A stretch of 62,410 nt of DNA, from assembly GCA_030265395.1 (NCBI GenBank), contig JARFYF010000001.1, positions 96,092,722 to 96,155,131 on the forward strand. Reading direction: 5' to 3'. The DNA is from Rhina ancylostomus. Its lineage: Eukaryota. Made by a program: the position numbers and the translations under genes. Position 1 is the first letter of the stretch. Every line of letters starts with the position of its first letter. This document shows, one piece after another, positions 1 to 12,040 of this stretch. The notes under the pieces were generated by a model that saw only the letters and a program-made list of their open reading frames with translations, was not told the origin of the DNA and did no database searches.

Positions 1-639
1 CCAAGACCAGATCTGATGCTGAATTTATGCAAGGCACCATCATGAATTGTTACCTGTTTTTCATTTGTGTTGTAGTTGCCTAGGTCACCACTCCCAATAA
101 TAAGCCATTCAGGATAGGACTGGAGTTTTTAAGTCCTCTGAATGACCCTTACTTGGAATCTCTTGTAATAATAAAAGGAGGCTAGAGTGGTATACCAGGT
201 TACTATATCTTAACATAAAAGGTCCAACTCTTTTAAACAGGCTTCAAGATCCCCAACCATTATGTGCTTCAGAAGAATATTTTCCTACATTGCTATCAAA
301 TGTGATTCAAAAATCAATCAAACAATTTGGATGCATTTTTAGTTGGTGTTTGTTTTTTGTTATGATTATGAAGCAGTGTACTTTCTCCTGTAGTCTCTCA
401 TAGGTAATTGGAAAGTTGTTGTTTACCAAGAGATGAAAAATTCATAGGAGAAATGGCTTAAATATTGCCAAATGTGCATGACTGCAGATGTCAGACAACA
501 AGAAGGAGCAGAAAGAGAACCAAACCCCATTCATCAATGTAGCCCTTTGCAAATTTTAGAGGATTTTATTGGTGAGTTCAGAGTTCTGTTTTCCAAATGA
601 TCATCTGGTTAGTAGCAAATTTAAAAAAACTGTAGGTTA

Positions 640-1100
640 ATTAGCCCCTCAAGCCTGCTCATTCAATGAGATGATGGTTGTTCTGTGACTTAAAAATCCA
701 TAACCAACTTTTCTCCATTTGAAGAATCCATCAGTTACCAGATTTAAAATTAACAATTGACCCAGTAGCAGCTACCATTTGCAGTAAAGAGTTCCTAATG
801 CCCTCCATTTCCTGTGTGTAAGATTTCCTAATTTCACTCCTGAGACCTGAATTTAGTTTTGAGACCATGACCTCTAGTTCAAGACTCCCCAGGATTAACA
901 AGACAGCGTAATTTCCCTTTTTGAAATGAAAAGTTAATTCAAATTGTTTGTTAAACTTCTATATAAATTCCAGGGAATACAGTCCTAAACTGACATCTCT
1001 CTTTGCAATTCAACCTGTAGTCAAGGCATCATTTTGGTTAATCCATTCTTCCTAAAAGGCCAATGTGTACTTTTTATGTTGTTGTGCTCATAATTCTTGC
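640..1100 (-). mobile_element. Degenerate CR1 LINE 3' fragment
   Basis: Starts with AGCCCCTCAAGCCTGCTC-ATTCAATGAGAT, the reverse complement of the CR1 3' terminus also seen at 18050 and 36100; decayed ORF2 C-terminal sequence follows. Confidence 0.7.
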
Positions 1101-1608
1101 AGTAATCCAGGGTTTAGTCGAACCTATGAACAAATCCATCAACATTTGCCACACTGAATGACAGATGGAGAATTAATTCACTGTCATGAAACCAAGCTTG
1201 TAAATGCTTTTGCAGAAACTCATCCTGCTCTGTGCTTCCAAGTGTTCGGTGTGGATGTACTTATCTAGAAAATCAATAATCTTGTCAATGCTTTTAAAAG
1301 AAAAGGATGTATGTTGAAATGCAAGAACTGCAGTCTTAATATAACTTAATATTCTTGTGCCCCTCAATGAAATGCAAATTTTGATGGCATTCTAACCAGA
1401 ATATTCTGAATATCAAGGTGATCAGCACAATGAAAACCAGAGAACTCACTGTGCAATTTTCCTAGTAATTAATGTGGAATTGTTAAATATTAAAATATTT
1501 ACAATTTTTATTGTGACTTATTATAACAAGTATGTAATTATGTTATTTACAAAATTTGTAATTATATTATAATCCCAGCTGGTTGATGCTCCATTGGAAA
1601 TGATAAGT

Positions 1609-1920
1609 AAAGCTCTTGCATTTCTATAGTGAGTTTCATGACTTCAGGATAGTCCAAAACAGAGGCATTAATTAATATTGTAGAAAATACATTGGCAATG
1701 TCCAATGGACCAGTGAGAAAAAAATACCATAAGATCAGTCTTTTTTTTTGATGTCAGTTGCAGAGTCAATGTAAGACATTGGGAGAACTTCCAGACTCTT
1801 TGAAATATGCTATGGGATCATTTACTTTCAACCGAGGAAGGATGGCATTTGGCTTAATTTTTTATCATAATGCTGCGCTTTCCCACTGCTCCACTGAATC
1901 TCAGCCTAGATTATTATTTG
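1609..1920 (-). mobile_element. DeuSINE (SacSINE1/AmnSINE1-like) remnant
   Basis: Reverse-strand L2-type tail (CTTGCATTTCTATAG...CATGACTTCAGGA) plus Deu-domain-like GGGAGAACT...ATGGGATCATTTAC and CACTGAATCTCAGCCTAGATTAT; family recognised from memory. Confidence 0.7.
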
Positions 1921-3744
1921 TTAATAGCCAGAAATATTTTATGGAAAAGCATTCAGTGTTCATATAACATAAAATTACATGCCATCGTTTCAGTATCCAG
2001 ACCATTGATTTGCAGTTATTCGGTGAAGTTGGAGCAATTTTTAAATTATTTTTTCAGTATGTGGACATCACTGGCAAGGGCTGCTGCCCTTTCCAAATTC
2101 CAAATTAGCCTTGAGTAATTGGTGTCATCTATCTTTGTGAACTGCTGCTGACTGTCTGCATGCTTACAAATATCAGGTGTGCAGTCAGACGACAAGGAGG
2201 AAGTTATATCTCATGGCCTTCTCTGTTATATCTGATACTTGATCTCTGCTGGAGAGAGGATGAGAGAAGTTGTTTCACTTTCTCTGTAGGACTGCTAATG
2301 TTTATCTTAATTAATATTGCATCACCTTTGAGGAATATGGAAGTCTGCCTAATTTTACAAAGCAATGTGATAAGTCTTTTTTTCTGAATCAGAGAATGAA
2401 ATTTCAGTAACTTGTCATATGAAAACTGTTTAGCAAACTGGGAAGAATTGGTGAATCAGTGGAAGAGAAGTGAACTCAGCATTAGTGTGAAGATCTGGGA
2501 TTTGACAATATTTTTTGTGTTGGCTGTGCATGAATTGAAACTGTCTGTACATTGTGTTTCCCTCTTGAATCATTGTGGTGCCTGATGTTGGGAAATTGTG
2601 ATTAGATTTCCTGTAACTATGGCAATTTTTCATTTCAGTTTAAATTTAGTTTTGCTTTTTTTGTTTGAAATTCTGTTGACATTTTTTAATGGTTCAGTGG
2701 GTTGCTCAATAAATACATTTCAAACTTTTACCAGAAGCAAAACACATTCAAATGGGTTGGATTTCATTTCATGTCCCTCAAAGATATACAAGTTATGAGG
2801 GGTGAGGGATGTGGGGGAATTGCATTTGAACTTTGGACAGTGCTTAAAATGAGTGATATTGCAGTGACAACTTCGACTGATCTTCTCCACTGATGTCAGG
2901 ATAATCTAGTGTGGTAAATAACAGATGGCTAGTTTGTAAGAGCTCATTTTGAACTATCAGCCAAAGTTTGGGATACCTTCTAATGATTAAGGAAAACTAA
3001 AAACTGTCCGTTGATGTGCTTTGCCTTTCATTACTGACTGGTAGAATCAAACTCCTGAAGTCAGTTTACCTCTAACCACAATTCTTCTGTCTGGTAGAGA
3101 ATTTTGTTTATCTATCCTTGCACACAATGCTGGCACAGCACCACAATGATTAACAGTTAAATGTTCCAATGGATTTAATAGGTCCCCTTGCTATATTCTA
3201 TGCATGTTTTTTATCGTCTGTTTTGAACCAAAACTATTTCAAGTGCATTGTGAAAATCAGAGGAAGTGTGATGCTGAGGGAGGATGAAGAAATCACAAAA
3301 TTTGTTTCATTCTCTTTTTAGGACTCCTATCCGTTCACTCCTATCCCATGGGGGGCCTTTATATTCAATAATGGTCTACTAGAATTCCTTTCCCAAGTTA
3401 GATCAGAAAATTTGCTTTACATTGATGCCATAGCTGCAGCTTTCAAAACACCTTTAAACACAAAGAATAAATTATAAGAGGTGGTATTACCCATGAACTT
3501 AAAAGTTGCTATCAATGAAATTCTGTGCTATTTGTGCAGTGCTCTTATGAATTTTAGCAGAAGATTTTAAATGTGCTGTTAAACCAGAAGAGGAATAGCA
3601 TGCAAATCTGCTCACAGNNNNNNNNNNNNNNNNNNNNNNNNNNNNNNNNNNNNNNNNNNNNNNNNNNNNNNNNNNNNNNNNNNNNNNNNNNNNNNNNNNN
3701 NNNNNNNNNNNNNNNNNAGCTCTGTTTTGTTTTTGAAAAGGAAT

Positions 3745-4078
3745 GTTACAGGACTTATATTTATATAGCATCTTTCTCATTTATAGAACATTCCAAAATT
3801 ATGGACAACCCAATGAACAGCTCTTGAACTGTGGTTATACATTTTTATTTAGAAGAACATGAATGTCAAGTTGCAATCTGTAAGGACCTTCACTTTGAAA
3901 GGAAATTTGTGCTGTAGATGGGAATAAATATTGGCCAATACTACAGCACTCTCTACTCCTGTTTGAACAGTACCATGGGATCCTGTATTTTTAATCATTC
4001 AGAGACCCTGGCCACATCTGAAATAAAGCACATCAGACATGGCAGTGCTCTCCAAGTACTGCACTCAATATTAGATTG
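3745..4078 (-). mobile_element. DeuSINE remnant
   Basis: GACTTATATTTATATAGCATCTTTC tail; GGAATAAATATTGGCCA; GAACAGTACCATGGGATC; CAGTGCTCTCCAAGTACTGCACT; homologous to 1609-1920. Confidence 0.65.
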
Positions 4079-4079
4079 T

Positions 4080-4655
4080 TCAGAGGCTTTCAGTGTGGTT
4101 GAAAAAGTGTTGCTCTTGTAGTTATCACATGGTGAAGAATCATGTCCACTCTGTCTCTGGATAAACAGAACCCATACTATGAAGTCGGAAATAGTTCTTT
4201 GCAATCTGGGTAGAGGTGGTTGAGGGGGACTTCTGGCAGACTGGAATATCCTTCTTCTCCCAGACGTGGGAGATGAGGTGGTGACTTTGTGACTAAAGTT
4301 CCTTTCTGCCAAATTTTAGAACTCCAGCCAGGATACCATCTGCTTCTGACATCTTGTTGATTTTCAACTGGCACATGGCATAATCTTATCAGTCAGAGTT
4401 AGTGGCAAGACTTACTGGACAGTTTGCTGTGAGATGGAGTCAAGGGCACTTATGTCGAGGTCAGAGTCATAGTTGAGGAAATCCTCAACGTCCTTTCCGG
4501 CAGGCACCAACTGCCTGTCTGTGTTTGATAATTTCATTTTTTTCCTGTCTTTCAGTGGGGTAGGGCCCTTATTTCTGAATCCACACATGTTATGGTGACC
4601 AATGTGTTCCTGGACTTCCTCTGCTCTTTCCACCAGACACATGCCCACCATCCAG
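4080..4655 (-). mobile_element. RTE-clade LINE ORF fragment (inverted 5' arm)
   Basis: Minus-strand translations VERAEEVQ..GPTPLKD..EDFLNYDSDLDISALDSISQ, ADGILAGVLKFG and VPLNHLYPDCKELFPTS.YG match the RTE linker and start of RT (ILLNRL..EELLPESQCGF); many frameshifts. Confidence 0.8.
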
Positions 4656-4658
4656 GAA

Positions 4659-5672
4659 TAGAGAGGGACAGCGAAGAATCCTCCTCATTTTTGGCTGCCC
4701 ACAGAAATTTGTCTCCATTTTATGNNNNNNNNNNNNNNNNNNNNNNNNNNNNNNNNNNNNNNNNNNNNNNNNNNNNNNNNNNNNNNNNNNNNNNNNNNNN
4801 NNNNNNNNNNNNNNNNNNNNNNNNTCCATTTTATGTTTGCTTAGTGTATGGTTAGAGTTAGCTGTGATCTTACCCAATGAGTTCACAATGGATCCAATCT
4901 CGGGGCAATAAACAATCTGCTGGAGGAAGCGTTCTGATGCACGGTTTCAACTTGAAGCATCGACAATTTCTTTCCTCCCACAGATGCTACTCGACTTGCT
5001 GAGTTCCACCAGTACATTGTTTGTTGCTCCAGATATCAGAGTCTGCAGTCTCCTGTGGATCCAATCTCAGTGCAGACTGACATCAAGCAAGTCTGTGTCA
5101 TCACCCCCACATATATTTTAATCTTTCTCACCCCAGGCCGTACTTTCCCTCCAACAAGCTTCTCATTGGAATGGAACTCACCTTTAGAACTCATGGAAAA
5201 CTGTCAACCTACAACATCTTCTCCAGAACATGGGATACCCTAATCACAGTGGTCAGACTGCAGTATGAAGATGATGTTTATGCATGCATGCATTCAGAGG
5301 TTGATCTCAGTTATCATAAACTTTTCTGTGCAGAATCCACCTAACTTTCGCAAATGGAAGGTCCCCTACCAGCTCTCCTCACTGTACTATGCTACCTTCC
5401 AGCACTGAATGCCCACGGTGAAATGCTGAAAAATGTGAATTACTTCCCATGTTTTTGGAGACAACTCTCAGCCACTGCCAACATCAGAGAGGAAATTCAC
5501 CATGACCTTCAGTGTGCCAGCACAACTTTCCTCTATTTGAGGAAAAGGGAGTTTGAAGAGCAGGTTTGAACAGCAGCAGGTTTGCTGGGCAGCAATGATC
5601 CCTGCCCTCCTGAGTACTTCTGAAATTTGGACGACATACAGCAGGCACCTTAAGGCACAGGGAGATAACACA
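4659..5672 (+). mobile_element. RTE-clade LINE RT fragment, interrupted by a gap and a Penelope-derived insertion
   Basis: FGCPQKFVSIL; DPISVQTDIKQVCVITPT (cf. TGVKQGCVIAPT); LQYEDD (YADD); EEIHHDLQCASTTF.YLRKR.FE; AAMIPALLSTSEIWTTYSRHLKA; homologous to 41280-42075. Confidence 0.85.
4902..5055 (+). mobile_element. Short fold-back Penelope pLTR-derived element with 13-bp TSD
   Basis: TGGATCCAATCTC at 4889-4901 and 5056-5068; removing the insert restores the RTE sequence; antisense arm AAACAATCTGCTGGAGGAA then sense arm starting at a degenerate hammerhead motif (CTGATGC 4934-4940). Confidence 0.85.
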
Positions 5673-5937
5673 TCTTTAATTCACTCCTGTAGGACTAATT
5701 CTAATTTTAAGATTGTCTTCCTTTTTCTTTGATTCCTCACCAGAGAAAATATTTCTTTGTTGTCAAACTTGAAATCCTTACAAAAGCTTAAACAGTATAA
5801 TCAGATCAGCCCTCAGGCACTTAAGAGAATACACAAATGTTCCAATAAATTTAACCCTCTGATAAGCTGCCTAGATCATGAGCTGGAATGAGATTCAAAT
5901 CCACAAATTGAGGCAGGTAAGTAAAGGTAACACTAAT

Positions 5938-6159
5938 TTAAAAATAGAAGCAGATAGTGCTGGAAATGCTCAGCAGGTCAAGCAGCACCTGTGGAGGGAT
6001 AAACCGTCAGTGTTTCAGGTCAGCTCTGACAAAGGATCTTTGATCTGAAGCACTAACACTGTGTTTATAGATGTTGCCTGACCTGCTGAGTGTTTTCAGC
6101 ATTTTCTGTTCTTATTCTGGACTTCCTGCACAAGCAGGGTTTATTTCTTGCTTTTTGGT
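5938..6159 (+). mobile_element. Fold-back Penelope pLTR-derived element with 10-bp TSD
   Basis: Inverted arms TGCTGGAAATGCTCAGCAGGTCAAGCAGCA / TGTTGCCTGACCTGCTGAGTGTTTTCAGCA; TAACACTAAT at 5928-5937 and 6160-6169. Confidence 0.8.
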
Positions 6160-6994
6160 TAACACTAATCCAAAATGGTCACAAGTATAAATCAGTATCA
6201 AACAATTTGCAGAATTACTTTACTCTGACAGATTGTGCCTGCAGAATCATTTCCTCCAAGTAACTTTTTCAACCATAATAGATAAAACATAATGAGATTC
6301 TGTTAGTGGTTGATAACAATTGTCCAAAATTAATCAGGTTTTCATATAAATATATTGTTAAACACATGAGTCACATAATTGGAGCAACATAGCAAATGGC
6401 TGCATTTTTGAGTGATGCAGTATTCATGTATCATTGAATACAATGAAATATTTCCTCCTATGACGATTGTAGTAAATCAGGCTGATTAATTAGTGCTTTG
6501 TTTCAGTTTTGCCAAAGCTATTAATCCATGTCACCTGATGCGTGGTCAGTACACTCCATAGCTGTGTGCAAAGACTGATTGGATGTGGATGTTGGACGAA
6601 CACTAAGGGGCAGACGAGCTTCATGCCAAAGTAACTTTATTTTGGAATATCACTCCCCAAGTTTTCCAGCAACTGTTCCTTACGCAAAAAAAAAGTTTTT
6701 GCCATGAGGAATTAGTAAAGTATGTTGCTCAGCATGGTCATTTTCTCAGACTTTTACATTAGGGTTGATACCTCTGAATTATGAAAAAATGTATTGGCCA
6801 GTCTGCTTAGTTCACTGAAAAAAATGTTCCAGGATTTATTTTATGATTCTAAAAGAAAGTGGTATCGATATAAAAAAACCTGGCTGACAAAATTTAAAAG
6901 GAATCTATGGTCTCAGTGAGAGATGTAATTGTATTTGTTCACAGCAATCAAAGTAGCTTCAACAGCCTAGAAGTCAGTGGGTGAGATGTAAGTG

Positions 6995-7352
6995 CAAGTT
7001 TGGCTCACAATGGTATTATTCTCACGTCTGATTCAGACTGTGGGCTAAAGCGACAAGGTCAGTGGCAAGCTCTTTCAAGTGTGTTAAACCAAAGTGGACT
7101 TTGGGGGGGTGGTCCCTGAACACTTCAAAAATATCGCCCAGTTTGAAGCCAATGTTCATCTATCCACTGAATATCATTAAAAACTGGGTGGATCATCTCA
7201 GATGGTATTTGTAAGATCCTGCCATGTCTCACTGATTCCAGTAGTTTTCAGTTTGTTATGGGCACTGCACTTCAGAGAGTCAATTGCTACCTTTTGAGAT
7301 GCACTAGGGTATTTTGAGGATGTGACAGAAGATTTACCAATGCAAGTTCTTT
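6995..7352 (+). mobile_element. DeuSINE remnant
   Basis: Degenerate head GGCTCACAATGGTATTATTCTCACGTCTGA; 3' part CACTGCACTTCA...TTTTGAGGATGTGACAGAAGATTTACCAATGCAAGTTCTTT (L2-type tail). Confidence 0.6.
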
Positions 7353-7391
7353 ATTACATTACTTTTCTTATCTGACCCTGTGAAACTATTG

Positions 7392-7752
7392 TATGTGGTA
7401 GTGATAGAGGACTCAATAGTCAGGGAAACAGATAGGAGCTTCTGTGGCAGTGAACATGAGACCCGGATGGTATGTTGCCTCCCAGGTGCCAGGGTCCGGG
7501 ATGTCACTGATCGGGTNNNNNNNNNNNNNNNNNNNNNNNNNNNNNNNNNNNNNNNNNNNNNNNNNNNNNNNNNNNNNNNNNNNNNNNNNNNNNNNNNNNN
7601 NNNNNNNNNNNNNNNNTGTTGGATAGGCATATGGAGGAGTGTGGGATAGAGGGATATGCGGGAGGAAAGGGTTAGATAGTGTGAGGTGTGGTTCGATGGG
7701 CGGCACAACACAGTGGGCCGAAGGGCCTGTATTGTGCTGTATTGTTCTATGT
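7392..7752 (+). mobile_element. CR1 LINE: ORF1 esterase fragment, N-gap, 3' terminus
   Basis: VVIEDSIVRETDRSFCGSEHETRMVCCLPGARVRDVTDR is the SGNH/GDSL esterase of CR1 ORF1 (GDS motif mutated to EDS); after the gap comes the CR1 3' end GGGCCGAAGGGCCTGTATTGTGCTGTATTGTTCTATGT. Confidence 0.85.
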
Positions 7753-8030
7753 AAACACCAGAAGATGTTTTTCCAGATTATACTCCCAATTGACTAAGAA
7801 CTCAAGGATCTGATTACAAAGACGTGTTGTCCAGTGTTACATTTTCAAATCTGCTGCCCAGTCCTCCTTCACTAAGGCTTAGGAATGATGGGGGCAGGGG
7901 CAGGTTTAGGGGCATGGGTTGCATCTGGAAAGTGGGGGAAAGGAATCAGCCCTCTTATGAGAAAATCAGAGTGCAACTAGCACTTAACTGGAGACCAAAG
8001 GTGGGGGGAGAATGAATATTTGACTGTTTG

Positions 8031-8219
8031 GAAGGAAGGCACTGTGGTTGGGTATTGGAAGGGAGGCACTGTGTTTGGTTGTTGGAGGAGACGCACTGTG
8101 GTTGGGTATTGGAGGAGAAGCATTGTGTTTGGTTATTGAATGAGAGGAGGTGTGGTTGGGGATTGGAGAGGAGGAGCTGTGGTTCTCAATTTGTTGGGAG
8201 GTGCTGTGGTTGGAGGATT
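8031..8219. repeat. 27-bp minisatellite, about 7 degenerate units
   Basis: Units such as GAAGGAAGGCACTGTGGTTGGGTATTG, GAAGGGAGGCACTGTGTTTGGTTGTTG and GAGGAGACGCACTGTGGTTGGGTATTG at 27-bp period. Confidence 0.9.
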
Positions 8220-9409
8220 TTGGAACTGAGTACCTTTCAGATCAGGTACCCAGAGATCTGGTTGAATATTAAGGTGGAAGAAATTGGTGCAATGCCAGGA
8301 ATGGGTGGCATTAAGGATCTATGTACGTAATGTACTTGTAGCTCTCCCAGACTGGCATTGTGGCTGAAGATCACGTTATAGTGGGTGTGTCTGATGATGG
8401 ATAGTCCCACAACAACATGGCTTAATTCAGCTGAGACATTGCTATTCCTTCCATGCATGACAGGTCTATCAAATTTGTTATAGCAGCAAATGCTCCATCA
8501 AATTTTCCTGGTGTTGCAGAATGACTCAGAAATACTCATTATCCTGTTTCATTGAAAAAGGGAAAATCAATTTTCATGTGCATGGTACTAAAAGCAGTGT
8601 GAGGCAATTCAATTTCCAGGCAATTGAAATTAGGAGATAGTGTTGGTGATCAGACACCCATATACATTCCAGCTGTCGTAAGCAGTTGGATTGCAGTGAG
8701 CTTTTCACACACTGTGGAAATAGCAACAATATACATTCTTGGGATCAGCCCTGTTTTGCACATTCCTTTCAAGAACTACATCCTGGGAGATTCAAATCAG
8801 ACACAACGATATGAGAGGAAGAGAATTTTTTATCACCTGGATTTTTGCATGTTTAATTTTATTGATTACAAGTTTTCAAATGACTGTATATGAAGGGTAC
8901 AATAAAGCTCCCTTGTTTGAGCGAATTACAATTTCATGCACTGAACTCTGGTCTGGTGTAGGTAAGGGAGAGAATCTGACAGACCTGAGGCATTGTTGGC
9001 AGTGAAGTTCGCTGATTAGATAAGGTGCCTGGGGCTAGTGGACAAAGTACAAAGGGTGGTGGTTTTGCTGATTGGGACTGCGACCTGGGGAGGATACAAG
9101 TTGACGGTGAGTGCGCCTGTGGGAGGTTGTAGTGTGTGGAGGTTGATGGGTTGTTTGGTGCATCGGCCAATTAGACGGTTAGACGTAAGATCAGTGGATG
9201 GGGCAAGTCTGGGTCTGAGCCGATTACTGGGTTAAGTAGGGAAAAGGGCTTTTGAGACCAAAGGCTAGGGAGTTGCCCAAAGGAAAGATTGTAAATGTAT
9301 GAGTTCTTAAAGTGATTTTTCAGTCTGGCACTTCGCCATAAGGATTTTGTCACATTGGAAATGTCTGATTGTGGTCGCTTCTGGGACTCATGGCTCAGTT
9401 TCATTCACA

Positions 9410-9507
9410 TGAAATGTCGACTGTCCATTTCCCTCCACAGATGCTGCCTGAGCCGCTGTATTTTGTTTGTTGCCCCAGATTTCAGCATGTGCAGTCTCTT
9501 GTGTCTC
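9410..9507 (+). mobile_element. Penelope pLTR-derived fragment
   Basis: GAAATGTCGACTGTCCATTTCCCTCCACAGATGCTGCCTGA...GCAGTCTCTTGTGTCTC, same family as 14638 and 61477; begins in the 3' half of the hammerhead motif. Confidence 0.8.
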
Positions 9508-10369
9508 CAAAAGGAAGGCTGTGTGGGGAATGACCTAATTTAAAGCATTTCTGATTCGGGGATTGTATGAGGGCGGACCAGATCAAATGTCCAGAATGAA
9601 GCAAAACAACCTGGAAATGGTCATTAGAGCTTGTCACCCTATTGCAAATGTAATTTCAACTGTGTGATGCTGAATTGAACTGCGCTGCCCAGTTAAACTT
9701 TGAGTNNNNNNNNNNTAGATTCTCTTGGTCATAAATGTTAGTTGGGTTCAATAATGCTAAACTACATTGGGTACCTGGAACAAGATGGCCAGTTGACTGG
9801 CTCAGTAATAACCACTTGTAAGGGGATCCTTGTGCAAGTTTTTCTTGATCTATTTTGGACTTCTTGAAATCCTTTCACTCAGATTGTCAATGTGGACATT
9901 CACAACAGAGGACACAGATACTGTATGTGTCCTAAAATGAAGAAACATAACTCAGTACTGGAAAGTTTATTATTACATGAAAAGAGCTTTGTGTCTTTCT
10001 TTTGAGGACTTTGACATTTATACACATAGTTGTTGAGATTGTTTATTGTATTAACGTAATTTATGATTTAAAAATGGAAGCCAGTGAACTATGCAAAAGT
10101 TGAAGCTGCATGTAAACAAAATGATAATGGAAACTATTTGAAGTATTGAGAAAGTTGGAGATATTTCTGATAAATTTTGGCGGTATCCATCTGAGGGCCA
10201 TTCAACAGGGAGTAGAAATAATTAAAAATGATATATTTGACTTCTTCTGACAATGTACAATGATTCCATACTGAAAGGAAATCTGTAAATCATCTACAAT
10301 CTCATGAGCACTGATTCCAACTCCACTCTGCAGTCTCCTCTTGCTTTCTGTCCTCCCCTGCACCCTTTT

Positions 10370-10655
10370 ATCCTTCCTTTCTAGGCTCCTGACCCCTTAT
10401 CTCCCTCTTGACTCTCTTCCAGTGATGCTAGAGCCTCTAAACATCACAGTATCTCTGGAATTCACTCCCTGAAGTCTTCAGTCTCTCTAATTCTCTGGCC
10501 TCCTTCACCACCTTTTCCACTTGTGGTTCAGTCTTCTCTCTGACTGTTCTTCCCTGTCCCAGAGAGCTAATGAAGGTATGTTCTTTTTATTATTTCTCTG
10601 GGAAGTCCCCTGAGGAATTTTGTACATTAAAGGTACTATCTATTACATTGTTGCT
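10370..10655 (+). mobile_element. Degenerate L2 LINE 3' end
   Basis: CTCTGGAATTCACTCCCT..., ending CTCTGGGAAGTCCCCTGAGGAATTTTGTACATTAAAGGTACTAT..TTGTTGC; resembles 27590-27832. Confidence 0.5.
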
Positions 10656-11544
10656 TGAAAGACCTGGACTCCAATTTATAGATAATAATCCCTGGGAACA
10701 ACAGAGAGTAGGTAGGGGTTAGGGCAAAAGGGATGTGATTCGAAAGAATGTCAGACTGTTTGTAAGAGGTTAAGGTTTCATATCTCTCAATGGTGTCACA
10801 ATGAGCATATATTCATTCAAACCACATATAACAGAGTATGTGTGTTAAAGGAAGGAATTAATGGAGCTGCTTCCTTTCAGGACAATCACATGCTCACTCA
10901 CACTAAATTGCCACTCAAGGAATAATAAAGTACTGTTGAGAGGATCAATGCTGATGAGTTGAATCCTCATCTTCACAATGTGATCTAGTATTACTCGAAC
11001 AGATTAACCAGTGGGGAGAAGCAGAGCCTCTTAAAGAAGAGAAAGCATTGTTCTGTCAATGGAACATCATGCGTATTTACAGATCTAAACTGGGCAGGTC
11101 GGGGTGGCAGTTGAAGTGCAGCAGATTGATCATACAGAATGTTGCTGAAAGAAATGCTGTACAGTGTTTCATTTGCTTGCAATGTTGGTGCAGCGGTTAG
11201 AGTTGGAATTTCATGAGCACACAAACCAATTAGTGAATACTGAACTAATTTGCATGGCAACTGTCCTGCCCCCTGCTGATGCTCCTCTGTCACGGCTGAA
11301 CTGCACACCTCCTGTTGGTTGTTGTGCATAGTTACTGCTCTTGGTCTTCCAGCTACACAGAATGCAGGGAACTGTAATTGGTTAGGATTCTACCACACTG
11401 TCATATAGCAGCACAAGGCCATATTTGTTTTAGCATCCCATTGCTTTGCTCTACAGCAATACTGGTTGAAGCACATGCCCCTTATAACCATGTTCCACTG
11501 TAAAGAAGGGGAGCCTGGAAACAATCAGGAAGAAATTGGACAAC

Positions 11545-12040
11545 AGGCATTGCTGCTTCTTTACAGCTCCAGGTACCCAGATTTGATCCTGATCTGTGCT
11601 GCTGTCTGTGTGGAGTTTGCCTGTTGTTCCTGTGACTGCATGGATTTCCATGGGTGCTCCAGCTTCCTTTCACATCCTAAAGGAGTGCTGTTTGTTAGGT
11701 TAAAAACACAATGATGCTGGAGGAACTCAGCGGGCCAGNNNNNNNNNNCCTTGGAGAAAAGCAGGTGGTCAACGTCTCGGGTCAGAACCCCTCTTCAGGA
11801 TGAATCCACGGATGCTGCCTGACCTGCTGAGTTCCTCCAGCATCATTGTGTTTTTCATCTGGAGTCCAGCTTATGCAGTCCTTTGTTTCTTCTGTTTGTT
11901 AGGTTAATTGGCCACTGTAAATTGTTGCTCGTGTAGCTGGGTGGCGGGAGTTGATCAGCCTGTGAGAGAGGGTACTAACAGGGAAACAAGTAGGGGAATG
12001 GGATTGATGAGATTGTTCTGAGAACTTGCATTGACTTGTA
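11545..12040 (+). mobile_element. tRNA-derived V-SINE (HE1-like) with a nested insertion
   Basis: B-box-like GATTTGATCC; V-domain GTCTGTGTGGAGTTTGC...GGGTGCTCCAGCTTCCTTTCACATCCTAAAG; resumes at 11892 after the insert. Confidence 0.8.
11704..11891 (+). mobile_element. Fold-back Penelope pLTR-derived element with perfect 16-bp TSD
   Basis: CTGTTTGTTAGGTTAA at 11688-11703 and 11892-11907; arms ACACAATGATGCTGGAGGAACTCAGC / GCTGAGTTCCTCCAGCATCATTGTGT are exact reverse complements; hammerhead-like motif on the minus strand at 11767-11801. Confidence 0.9.

Noticed and set aside
8028-8330. Cys/Trp repeat protein or CRISPR-like array
   Set aside because: Contiguous degenerate tandem units with no unique spacers, in a vertebrate context; it is a minisatellite.
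11240-11265. Octamer ATTTGCAT overlapping an RFX-like half site CATGGCAAC
   Set aside because: A single short motif pair with no promoter or snRNA context; expected by chance in 62 kb.
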